A DNA stretch of 63,140 nucleotides from Candidatus Saccharimonadia bacterium (GCA_041906885.1 JAYRII010000006.1:1-63140), one strand, 5' to 3'; shown: positions 7,661 to 15,899, numbered from the stretch's first letter. Notes: generated by a model from the sequence alone, not told the origin. A program made the numbers and translations.

Positions 7661-10582
7661 ATGGGATATAATAGTAGGATGAAATCACTAAGTCGCAGGC
7701 GATTTGTAATCTTTGATGGACATGCCTTGTTGCATCGCGGTTATCATGCGATCCCATATCTGTCGGCCAGAGATGGTACACCGACCAATGGTGTTTATGG
7801 ATTCACCATGATGATGCTCAATGCTCTGCGTGAACTTAAGCCAGAGTATGCTGTCGTCGCCTGGGATATGTCCGGGCCGACATTTCGTCACGAAATGTAC
7901 CGGGAGTATAAGGGTACTCGCAAACAGATTGACGATAATCTCGCAGCCCAAATACCCGTTACCCAAGACCTGGTGGAAACTTTTGCCATTCCTCTTATTG
8001 GCGTCAAAGGCTATGAGGCAGATGATGTGATTGGTACGTTGGCGCATCGCTACAAAAATGAGTTTGAGATTGTGATTGTGACAGGCGACATGGATGAGCT
8101 GCAGCTGGTTGATGATCATGTCAAAATATATACTTTGCGCAAAGGTTTTTCGGACACTGTTATTTACGATCGGGCGGCAGTTCAAGCAAAATACGGCCTC
8201 TCGCCGGAAGAATTTATTACTTTTAAGGCACTCAAAGGGGATGCTAGTGATAATATTCCAGGTGTCAGTGGTATTGGCGATAAGACAGCAACTGACCTGG
8301 TATCGAAGTACAAAACGCTCGAAACCATTTATGATCAGCTGGAAGAAATTAAGCCGTCTGTAAAAGTGAAGCTCGAAGCTGGTCAAGAGCAAGCCAAGAT
8401 GAGCCTCGAATTATCTCGAATCGTAGTCGATGTGCCGATGAAATTCGACATTAAGGATGCTGTCTTGCACGAATATGATCGTGCTAAAGTGGTCGATTTG
8501 TTTCAAAAGCTCGGCTTTAAAAGTTTGCTCAATAAATTGCCGATTCAAAATAAGAGTACAAGTATTATCCAAAAATCTCTTTTTGATGATGGTGTGGCCA
8601 AAAATCCTTCAGTTTCACAACATGCTCATCTGGAGTCGGTTAATTATGTTTGTGTTGATAGTGAGCAAAAACTCGATCAACTTGCTCGCAGTCTGGCCAT
8701 GCAAAAGGTATTTGCGTTCGACACTGAGACGGATGGTATTGATGTGATCAATGCAAATCTTGTGGGAATGAGTTTTTCGTGGAGGGAAGGAGAGGCTTAT
8801 TATTTGCCGCTTGATCACAAAGATACCACCGGCTCTCGATCACAGGCTATTTCATCGTCAGATCCTCTAGTTCACACTCAACGTAGTAGCACTACGGCTC
8901 GTTTGCAAGCTTTAGACCTTCCTCGAACTAGCTCTGAGCTTGAGAGCCTCACTTCTGATGTAGAATCTCTTGCTTCAGGACAATTGCCACTTCAAACAGT
9001 CCTCGACAAACTAAAACCGATTCTAGAAAATCCAAAAATTGGCAAAGTTGGGCATAATATTAAGTTTGATTATCAAATTCTTCGTCGCTATAACATCAAG
9101 CTAGGTCCAATCGCATTTGATACCATGGTGGCGGCCTTTTTGATTAACCCTATCGTTAGAGCGCAAACTTTATCAAGCCTGGCTTTTTCTGAGCTTGGTA
9201 TTGAGATGATTGATATTGAGGAGTTAATCGGCCCAAAAGGTAAGAATCAGCGAACTTTTGATTCTGTGTCAATTGATCTGGCAACCAAATATGCAGCTGA
9301 GGACGCTGACATGGCTTGGCGTTTATATCAGTCGCTCGGAGCACAACTTAAACAAATTCCAGGAGTAAATGAAGTTGCAAAGCTAATGGAATGGCCACTC
9401 ATCCCGGTCCTAGCTGAAGTTGAAATCACCGGCGTCAAGCTTGATACTGACTTTTTGAAGACTTTTTCGCGTAAGATTAATTTGATGACAGCAAAGCTGG
9501 AAGAATCGATTTGGCAAGAGGCTGGTGAGCACTTCAATATCAACTCGACTGCGCAACTCAAAGTCATTCTGTTTGATAAATTAAAAATAGATGGCACAGC
9601 TCTAAAGAAAAATAAGACTGGTCTCTCGACTGCTGCTAAGGAGCTTGAAAAATTGCGTGGCACTCACCCAATAATTGATCATTTGTTTGAATATCGTGAA
9701 GTCACCAAGCTCAAGAGTACTTATGTCGACACTCTGCCACTACTTGTCAATCAGTCAACCGGCCGTATTCATACCAGCTACAATCAGACGATTGCTCAAA
9801 CCGGACGACTGTCGAGCACTAATCCAAACTTACAGAATATTCCAATACGCACAGCGCTCGGACGGGAGATTCGGCGGGCTTTTGTAGCTGATAAAGGAAA
9901 AGTTTTCATTAGTGCCGATTATTCGCAAATAGAATTACGACTTGCAGCTGCATTAGCTGGTGACAAGCCGATGATCGAAGCATTTATAGACGGCGCTGAT
10001 ATCCATGCCCTAACAGCTTCAGAAATGTATGGCGTTGATATAGGTGATGTCACAAAAGAGCAACGTTATGCTGCTAAAACGATCAATTTTGGCATTCTTT
10101 ATGGTATGAATCCTCATGGTCTTTCGGTTGCAACTGGTATGACGTTCGAGGAGGCCAAAGCATTTATTGATCGATATTTTGAGATTAGGCGAGGTATCGC
10201 TGAGTATATCGAGAAAATTAAGAAGTTAGCTCATAAGCTGGGCTATACTGAGACGATATTTGGTCGCAGGCGGCCGTGTCCGGAAGTTCACTCAAGTAAT
10301 TTTGTGGTCCGATCGGCGGCTGAACGGGCAGCTGTCAATATGCCCCTGCAGGGTACGGCAGCCGATATGATGAAGCTGGCGATGATCAATCTGTCGGGCA
10401 AATTACCACCAAATGCCAAGATGATATTGCAAATTCATGATGAACTGATTGTTGAGTGTTGCAAAAAAGACTCTAGCCAGGTTTCAAAAATATTAAAGAG
10501 CGTAATGGAAGGGGTTCACAAATTTGATGTACCGATTGAGGTTGGCGTGTCGATTGGAACTAATTGGGGAGATTTAGGCTAA
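7661..10582 (+). CDS. polA: DNA polymerase I (5'-3' exo, 3'-5' exo and polymerase domains)
   Basis: ExoI 'FAFDTETDG', ExoII 'GHNIKFDYQIL', ExoIII 'YAAEDADMAWRLY', and polymerase motifs 'DYSQIELR' and 'QIHDELIVE'. An alternative start is the ATG at 7679, 6 nt after a TATAAT at 7667-7672, which could mean a leaderless mRNA. Confidence 0.95.
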   Translation: MGYNSRMKSLSRRRFVIFDGHALLHRGYHAIPYLSARDGTPTNGVYGFTMMMLNALRELKPEYAVVAWDMSGPTFRHEMYREYKGTRKQIDDNLAAQIPVTQDLVETFAIPLIGVKGYEADDVIGTLAHRYKNEFEIVIVTGDMDELQLVDDHVKIYTLRKGFSDTVIYDRAAVQAKYGLSPEEFITFKALKGDASDNIPGVSGIGDKTATDLVSKYKTLETIYDQLEEIKPSVKVKLEAGQEQAKMSLELSRIVVDVPMKFDIKDAVLHEYDRAKVVDLFQKLGFKSLLNKLPIQNKSTSIIQKSLFDDGVAKNPSVSQHAHLESVNYVCVDSEQKLDQLARSLAMQKVFAFDTETDGIDVINANLVGMSFSWREGEAYYLPLDHKDTTGSRSQAISSSDPLVHTQRSSTTARLQALDLPRTSSELESLTSDVESLASGQLPLQTVLDKLKPILENPKIGKVGHNIKFDYQILRRYNIKLGPIAFDTMVAAFLINPIVRAQTLSSLAFSELGIEMIDIEELIGPKGKNQRTFDSVSIDLATKYAAEDADMAWRLYQSLGAQLKQIPGVNEVAKLMEWPLIPVLAEVEITGVKLDTDFLKTFSRKINLMTAKLEESIWQEAGEHFNINSTAQLKVILFDKLKIDGTALKKNKTGLSTAAKELEKLRGTHPIIDHLFEYREVTKLKSTYVDTLPLLVNQSTGRIHTSYNQTIAQTGRLSSTNPNLQNIPIRTALGREIRRAFVADKGKVFISADYSQIELRLAAALAGDKPMIEAFIDGADIHALTASEMYGVDIGDVTKEQRYAAKTINFGILYGMNPHGLSVATGMTFEEAKAFIDRYFEIRRGIAEYIEKIKKLAHKLGYTETIFGRRRPCPEVHSSNFVVRSAAERAAVNMPLQGTAADMMKLAMINLSGKLPPNAKMILQIHDELIVECCKKDSSQVSKILKSVMEGVHKFDVPIEVGVSIGTNWGDLG

Positions 10583-10765
10583 AAATACAAAACGGGCAGA
10601 TAGATGAGCCGCAAAAGGGGGAGTGCGACACATCTAACTGCCCGTCTGTCTAAAGTAAAGGTGCGTTCTAGAATGAACCGTACTATATAATACTATAAAT
10701 ATTGATTTAAGTCAATAGCCTTATCGTGCTAAAATATAGTAGCTTCGACCTGATATAATGAAACC

Positions 10766-11659
10766 ATGCCAGAATTACCAGAAGTGGAGACAGTGCGGGC
10801 TGGACTCGCCAGATATTTGATTGGACAGAAAGTCGTAGGTCTTGTGGTAGATAATCCAAAGTCTTTTCAAGATGACAGTGGTTTGGCCGAGACCAAGCTT
10901 TTTGGCGCGACTATCACTAGTGTGGATCGTCGGGCTAAAGTCCTGATAATCCGCCTCTCGACCGGCTATACGCTCTTGATTCATCTAAAGATGACCGGGC
11001 AGTTGATTTACCGGCCGACTCATGGCCGCGGCTTTGGCGGTGGCCACCCGACTGACTCGTTGATCGGTAGCTTGCCCGACCGCAGCACTCGCGTTACGCT
11101 CAAGCTCGAAAATGGTAAATTATTTTTCAACGACCAACGCAAATTTGGTTGGATAAAATTATTGTTCGATAGTGACATTGCCAATCTGGAATTTTTCCAG
11201 AAAGTCGGCCCGGAGCCGCTCGAGGCGGGATTTACTTTTGAGCAGTTTCATCGCCGTCTGAGAAGACGATCCCGCACCACTATCAAAGCAGCTATTCTCG
11301 ATCAATCGATCGTGGCTGGTATTGGTAATATCTACGCCGATGAGAGCTTGCACGCCGCTCGAATTCATCCGGCCGCTCTAGTGGGCGAGGTCAGTGCAAT
11401 CAAGCTCAAGCGTCTCCATCAAGCCATCAAAGACAGTCTGCAGATCAGTCTCGACCACGGCGGCAGCTCCGATCGCAATTATGTCGATGCCGATGGCAAT
11501 AAAGGCAGTTATCTGAAGTTTGCTCGTGTTTTCCGCCGTGAAGGCCAGCCATGTCCAGACTGCGGCACTATTATCGAGAAAACTCGGGTGGCTGGCCGCG
11601 GCACGCACTTCTGCCCCAAGTGCCAGAAGCTCCCAAAGAAAACACCCCGTAATCGTTAG
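10766..11659 (+). CDS. mutM: formamidopyrimidine-DNA glycosylase
   Basis: N-terminal 'MPELPEVETV' and C-terminal zinc finger 'CPDCG...HFCPKCQ'. Confidence 0.9.
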   Translation: MPELPEVETVRAGLARYLIGQKVVGLVVDNPKSFQDDSGLAETKLFGATITSVDRRAKVLIIRLSTGYTLLIHLKMTGQLIYRPTHGRGFGGGHPTDSLIGSLPDRSTRVTLKLENGKLFFNDQRKFGWIKLLFDSDIANLEFFQKVGPEPLEAGFTFEQFHRRLRRRSRTTIKAAILDQSIVAGIGNIYADESLHAARIHPAALVGEVSAIKLKRLHQAIKDSLQISLDHGGSSDRNYVDADGNKGSYLKFARVFRREGQPCPDCGTIIEKTRVAGRGTHFCPKCQKLPKKTPRNR

Positions 11660-11670
11660 ACCACGGGGTG
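11643..11670. terminator. hairpin between convergent genes
   Basis: CACCCCGT-n12-ACGGGGTG overlaps the mutM stop codon. Confidence 0.4.
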
Positions 11671-11695
11671 TTGGAATTGCATCGTAGAGCCTGAG

Positions 11696-11998
11696 CTATG
11701 ACTCCACCCTGACTTCTCCTGTTTCTAGGTCGATCTCGGCTTCCAAGAGCTTGTCAACGAGGTCGAGTAGAGAGGCGAGATTATTCACCTTTATGTATTT
11801 GTTACCTAGACCAACCTTTTCCAAGGCCTTTTCGCCAGGGTAGACACGTATTTCAGTAAACCACCATAGTTCGATATCTTCGTCTTCCTTAAATATACAG
11901 GGGTAGGGAAGTATTTTTTGGGTGTCCGAGTCGACCAAGTGGAATTTATAGCACCGACGATCTTTGTCAATGAAGTGGATGCCGGCCTTAGACCCCAA
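11696..11998 (-). CDS. hypothetical protein (TTG start), last gene of a four-gene small-ORF operon
   Basis: 100-aa ORF. No motif recognised. Confidence 0.45.
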   Translation of the reverse strand: MGSKAGIHFIDKDRRCYKFHLVDSDTQKILPYPCIFKEDEDIELWWFTEIRVYPGEKALEKVGLGNKYIKVNNLASLLDLVDKLLEAEIDLETGEVRVES

Positions 11999-12001
11999 AA
12001 G

Positions 12002-12172
12002 CTACTTCACTTGCCTGCGAATGCGCCGACATTTTCTGCGGTACCGTCTTTGGGCCTTGGTGTCACGCTTTTGTCGCTGTTTTGCAGCAACTTTTTGCAG
12101 CTTGGCATCTCTCTTCTGCTGCTGTTTTGCAGCGACGTCTCGAAGTCTAGTAAGGGATTCTGACTCAGCCAT
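12002..12172 (-). CDS. small, very basic Lys/Arg/Gln-rich protein (56 aa, below the ORF-track cutoff)
   Basis: ATG at 12172 overlaps the upstream stop (TGATG) and is preceded by GGAGAAGTG. Reads MAESESLTRLRDVAAKQQQKRDAKLQKVAAKQRQKRD... Confidence 0.4.
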   Translation of the reverse strand: MAESESLTRLRDVAAKQQQKRDAKLQKVAAKQRQKRDTKAQRRYRRKCRRIRRQVK

Positions 12173-12384
12173 CACTTCTCCTCAATTGCTTGAGCCTGGG
12201 TGAATTCATCATATAGCTGCACCACATCTGCCGGTCTCTGTAGAATGATCCCAATATCATTCCTTACATTCATCGGATTGCGAATCACAATACTATAGTA
12301 ATTCGGGTCTCCGTATCCAGAGATTGGCCAATACATCGGTTCTAATGGAAAAGGAAGGATTCTTTCACCTTGATGATCAACCAA
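12172..12384 (-). CDS. hypothetical protein
   Basis: 70-aa ORF with a TTG start, in an operon with its neighbours. Confidence 0.4.
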   Translation of the reverse strand: MVDHQGERILPFPLEPMYWPISGYGDPNYYSIVIRNPMNVRNDIGIILQRPADVVQLYDEFTQAQAIEEK

Positions 12385-12393
12385 GTAAAAGTT

Positions 12394-12594
12394 TTAGCCC
12401 TTGTCCCCGCAAAACTCTGCTTTGGCTTGGAGGAGTGAGTTTACCCAAAAACCGATTCCACTTCTGTACGTTTTTCTTTCCTCTCGCTGCATCGCATCAA
12501 GCTCTGTCTCTCTATTTATCTTTGCCTGCGCAAGTTCCTCCTGGCGTCTTTTCTCTAGCTCACGCTGCTTGGAAATGTACTTCGGCTCTGGCAT
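12394..12594 (-). CDS. hypothetical charged coiled-coil-like protein
   Basis: 66-aa ORF. ATG preceded by AGGAGAAGTC. Confidence 0.45.
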   Translation of the reverse strand: MPEPKYISKQRELEKRRQEELAQAKINRETELDAMQREERKTYRSGIGFWVNSLLQAKAEFCGDKG

Positions 12595-12702
12595 GACTTC
12601 TCCTAGTGCCGTCAGTCACGATAGAGAAAATTGTACAGTAAAATACACCTCTGTCAATCTGGAATTGGTGGTAAGAGAAGTAATTTTATATACTGGAACC
12701 CT

Positions 12703-13626
12703 ATGATATTCTTTTTTTACGGAGAAAATAGCTTTGCCATGCGGCGTGAAGTCGAGCGCATAAGGCGACATTATACTAAAAAATCAGGTGGTGATACAGG
12801 CCTAGAAATATTTGATTTGAGTGAAAAAAGTTATGATGAGCTCACTAGTTCGATTTCGATACAACCCCTTTTTTCCAGTAGCCGGCTAATAATTGTTCGA
12901 AATTTGGCAAAAAACAAATTGGCCCTGGAGAAAATTGATCAGCTGATGGCCGCTGTGCCAGAATCCACTATTTTGATTATTGAAGAGCGTGATATTGACA
13001 GGCGTAGTAAGGCATTTAAGTTGCTATCTAAATTGCCGACTGGTAATACTAAGGACTTCAAATTGCTTTCCTCGTCTCAGCTTGCGAGATGGGTGCAGTC
13101 TGAGGTTGAGCAGCTTGGTGGCAGGATTGATTCGGCGACCACGAATTTACTAGTAGATCGAGTCGGTCATGACCAATGGCAGCTTGAACAGGAGATTAAA
13201 AAGTTAGTTAGCTATGCCACTACAATCAGTCCCGAATCAATTAATAAGTTGGTTGTGGCCAATTCAGACCAGACAATTTTTATGCTAATCGAGGCGCTTG
13301 CCAATCGAGATATTAGGCAGGCTTTTGATTTATATCATAAGCTAGCGCGCGATGGCGTGGCTGATCAGCAGATTATCGCTATGATCAACTGGCACTATCG
13401 GAACTTGGCCCTGGCTTGTGCTAATCGCGGTGGGATCGGATGGGCTAAGGATTTTGGTATTTCACCATATGCCGCCCAAAAAGCTAGCAGACTAGCTCGC
13501 AACTTTGATATCGAGGAAGTCGCCTTAGCCTATAAGCACATAATTGAGGCTGATTTCGCGATTAAGTCGGGCATAAAGTCAAGTCAAACAGCGATAGAAG
13601 ATTTAATCTACCAGTTAACAAACTAA
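12703..13626 (+). CDS. holA: DNA polymerase III delta subunit
   Basis: Starts 'MIFFFYGENSFAMRRE', the typical HolA N-terminus, and carries a C-terminal delta-domain helix pattern. The tracked 12631 start adds 24 implausible residues. Confidence 0.75.
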   Translation: MIFFFYGENSFAMRREVERIRRHYTKKSGGDTGLEIFDLSEKSYDELTSSISIQPLFSSSRLIIVRNLAKNKLALEKIDQLMAAVPESTILIIEERDIDRRSKAFKLLSKLPTGNTKDFKLLSSSQLARWVQSEVEQLGGRIDSATTNLLVDRVGHDQWQLEQEIKKLVSYATTISPESINKLVVANSDQTIFMLIEALANRDIRQAFDLYHKLARDGVADQQIIAMINWHYRNLALACANRGGIGWAKDFGISPYAAQKASRLARNFDIEEVALAYKHIIEADFAIKSGIKSSQTAIEDLIYQLTN

Positions 13627-13679
13627 AATCCCCTAAATTAGGTCCCTTCATTCTGAGTAGTGTCCACAAGCTCACTCCT

Positions 13680-13747
13680 GTCATTCTGAACTAGTTTCAG
13701 AATCTACTCTTTACGTAAAAAAGACCCTGAAACTAGTTCAGGGTGAC
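13680..13747. repeat. full-length 68-bp double-hairpin palindromic element (GTCAT...GTGAC)
   Basis: GTCATTCTGAACTAGTTTCAGAATCTAC-n15-GACCCTGAAACTAGTTCAGGGTGAC. A half-site lies upstream at 13645-13656. Confidence 0.8.
13717..13747 (-). terminator. rpsT terminator formed by the right arm of the repeat element
   Basis: On the minus strand, CCCTGAACTAGTTTCAGGG is followed by TCTTTTTT. Confidence 0.65.
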
Positions 13748-13773
13748 TCTAAGTTCGAGGCTTTGAAATGTTA

Positions 13774-14169
13774 CTATTTACTTTTTGAACTAGGCTTCTT
13801 CGCTGCTGGCTTGGCGGTAGACTTCTTGGCCGAGCTTTTTGGCGCGGCTTTGCTGGATTTAGCAGGCTTTTTACCAGGAGTGCCTGGCTTATCGGTACCA
13901 AATGGCTGCTTGGCGGCGGCATTGTAAGTTTTGGTCAGACGACTCTTTTTGCGCGCAGCGGTGTTCTTGTGTAGAGCGCCTTTCTTGACAGCTCGATCTA
14001 TCTCAGAGATTGCGGCAACGAGGGCAGCCTGAGCCTTGGCCGGATCACTGGCAATGGTGTTGCGAGCTTCCTTAGTCTTAATTCTGACGCCGGTTTTCAC
14101 CATGACATTCCTGGTGCGGCGTTTTTCTTGCTGACGAGCCCTTTTGATGGCGGATTTAATTATTGGCAT
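13774..14169 (-). CDS. rpsT: 30S ribosomal protein S20 with a Lys/Ala-rich C-terminal extension
   Basis: 'MPIIKSAIKRARQQEKRRTRN' S20 N-terminus and a tail 'KKPAKSSKAAPKSSAKKSTAKPAAKKPSSKSK'. Confidence 0.9.
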   Translation of the reverse strand: MPIIKSAIKRARQQEKRRTRNVMVKTGVRIKTKEARNTIASDPAKAQAALVAAISEIDRAVKKGALHKNTAARKKSRLTKTYNAAAKQPFGTDKPGTPGKKPAKSSKAAPKSSAKKSTAKPAAKKPSSKSK

Positions 14170-14290
14170 AAATAATCTTCTTACCTGTTTTTAGCTAAAG
14201 GCTATCTTAACTTAAAATATGGCTTTTGTAAATACTTAAAAAACTGATAGCTCCATTGAAGTTAATTTTTGTGATGGAATTATACGAGTA

Positions 14291-14319
14291 TTGACTAAAT
14301 AGCAGATATTAGATAAAGT
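14291..14319 (+). promoter_or_regulatory. sigma70-like promoter TTGACT-17-TAAAGT
   Basis: TTGACT at 14291-14296, 17-nt spacer, TAAAGT at 14314-14319. No ORF follows it. Confidence 0.5.
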
Positions 14320-14325
14320 AATGCC

Positions 14326-14820
14326 ATTCTCCAGTCTCCTTTAAGTAGACTGGAGACCACCAGACGCTTGTAAGCTCGCTTGCAGTATCTGGGGCGGGAT
14401 CCCGCCAAGGTCTCTCCTTGTGATAATGTGTCACCGGGGTACATCATTGCAAGGAGAATCGACTCTCGAGAGGGTGGATCTGCACTTTAGGTGCAGAGCT
14501 TTCGGGAGTCAAGCAAGAGGGGTGTCGCCACGCCATAGTGGCGACAGGTTGCTGGAGCACGGGCGAGGCTTTAGGCCATAGGTACTGCTCCAGCAACCAC
14601 CCCCCTCGTTATTCTTAAAGATCTCGCTCGTGGTAGTCGGCACTTGCCTGCTAGCTATCTCAGAGCGAGACAGGGAAGGCGGCAATTTAAGAGTAGTGTT
14701 ATGCTAACTCCCAGTCGCATAACACTACTCCACCCCGCCGCCTTCCCTAAGATCTATTATTTAAGGGCTTATGCCCTTAAATATGCCCCCAGGTTTTAAT
14801 ACCTGGGGATTTTCTATTTA
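14326..14820 (+). ncRNA. candidate structured RNA of unknown class, about 490 nt (alternatively a palindromic-repeat graveyard)
   Basis: A 700-bp ORF-free gap bounded by the promoter above and a terminator. It holds at least 8 strong helices, including a three-way junction at 14517-14608 and a 12+14-bp extended hairpin at 14672-14748. Confidence 0.35.
14787..14820 (+). terminator. rho-independent terminator
   Basis: CCCCAGGT-tttaat-ACCTGGGG followed by ATTTTCTATTT. Confidence 0.6.
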
Positions 14821-14857
14821 CCCCAAACATATATGATACTAATGCTTAAATCAGCTA

Positions 14858-14886
14858 TTGACAAAATGCTTATCTTTTGATAAAAT
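14858..14886 (+). promoter_or_regulatory. consensus promoter TTGACA-17-TAAAAT with an extended -10 TG
   Basis: TTGACA at 14858-14863 and TGaTAAAAT at 14878-14886. This shows the tracked TTG start at 14877 is spurious. Confidence 0.7.
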
Positions 14887-14918
14887 ATCCCATTGTCAAT
14901 TTTGCAAAAGACTATACT

Positions 14919-15899
14919 ATGGAGCTAACCCCTAAGCAACAAGCATCAGAACTCATTAGACAGGCTAATACAATCCTGCTCGTGACGGCTCGCGAACCTA
15001 ATAACGACCAGCTAGCCAGTCTTGTTGCTATGCAAGCAATTCTAGCCAAGCTGGGTAAGAACGTGCATGCCATCGTAACAGACGACCTGCCTAAAATAAG
15101 TGCTGCACTTGATACTTCTAAAATCAATCGCAACCTAGAAGGAATTCGGGACTTTGTGATTAGCTTGGATATGAGTCGAGTTGAAGTTGATAAGCTCAAA
15201 TACACGATCGAAAATGGCAAATTGAATATTATTGCGACGCCGCATCAGGGTAATTTCACCGCTGCTGACGCCAGCTACAGCTATGGTGCTTATCAGCTTG
15301 ATCTGGTAATTGCGATTGGCGTGCCAAGTTTATCTAAGATCGATCGCCTGCACGAGGCTAATCCGACCATCTTTGACGGCATACACTTAATCAATATGGA
15401 TTATCACCGTATCAATGACAGCTACGGTTCAGTTAATTTGATCGATCAGTCATCCTCGAGCGTAGCCGAGATATTGGTGTCTGTCACTGAGTCACTCGGC
15501 CAAGGCCTAATTGATGCCCATATCGCAACGGCGATGCTAGCTGGTATCATGGCCAGTACCAACCGTTTTAGTGCTCCCAATACTACTCCAAAGGCTATGA
15601 CAGTGGCAGCTCAGCTGATGGCGGCTGGTGCGAAGCAGCAAGAGATCGTTAAGGTGCTGTATGGTAATGAAGCTGGCCAGGCCGCTTCCAAGTCAAAAAA
15701 AAAGCCCGTGAACCAAAACCAATTTCAGCGACAAACTCAGAAAAATCAACTCACTCACTCGGACAAGATAAATCAATCGGACCTTATTCCGGCCGCATCG
15801 ATAGCGCAAGTGGTCAAATCGAGCGAGTTGTCCGCCGCTAGTGCTGGCCAGCAGTCACCAATCGCACCGCAAACTCCACTAGCTAGCGCTCATTCTTAA
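14919..15899 (+). CDS. DHH-family phosphoesterase (NrnA-like) with apparently degenerate motifs and a Gln-rich tail
   Basis: DHH/DHHA1-like layout and the usual position upstream of truB. The expected 'DHH' motif reads 'DYH' and the N-terminal His/Asp motif reads 'REPNNDQLAS'. C-terminal tail is low complexity. Confidence 0.6.
   Translation: MELTPKQQASELIRQANTILLVTAREPNNDQLASLVAMQAILAKLGKNVHAIVTDDLPKISAALDTSKINRNLEGIRDFVISLDMSRVEVDKLKYTIENGKLNIIATPHQGNFTAADASYSYGAYQLDLVIAIGVPSLSKIDRLHEANPTIFDGIHLINMDYHRINDSYGSVNLIDQSSSSVAEILVSVTESLGQGLIDAHIATAMLAGIMASTNRFSAPNTTPKAMTVAAQLMAAGAKQQEIVKVLYGNEAGQAASKSKKKPVNQNQFQRQTQKNQLTHSDKINQSDLIPAASIAQVVKSSELSAASAGQQSPIAPQTPLASAHS

Noticed and set aside
12631-12702. 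N-terminal extension of holA in the ORF track
   Set aside because: The HolA-like N-terminus 'MIFFFYGEN' begins at 12703. The upstream 24 codons look non-coding.
14326-14820. Identification of the structured region as RNase P RNA, tmRNA or SRP RNA
   Set aside because: I looked on both strands for GGAAAGTCC / ACAGAA..GGCTTA (RNase P P4). I also looked for a GGGG...TCCACCA acceptor pairing with a T-arm and an ...ALAA-type tag (tmRNA), and for GGAAGCAG-type SRP domain IV. None was found. A CCACCA at 14359-14364 does not sit in a tRNA-like context. The class is left unknown.
14877-14918. TTG start of the DHH-family ORF
   Set aside because: The TTG lies inside the extended -10 box (TGaTAAAAT) of a consensus promoter. 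The first transcribed in-frame ATG is at 14919.
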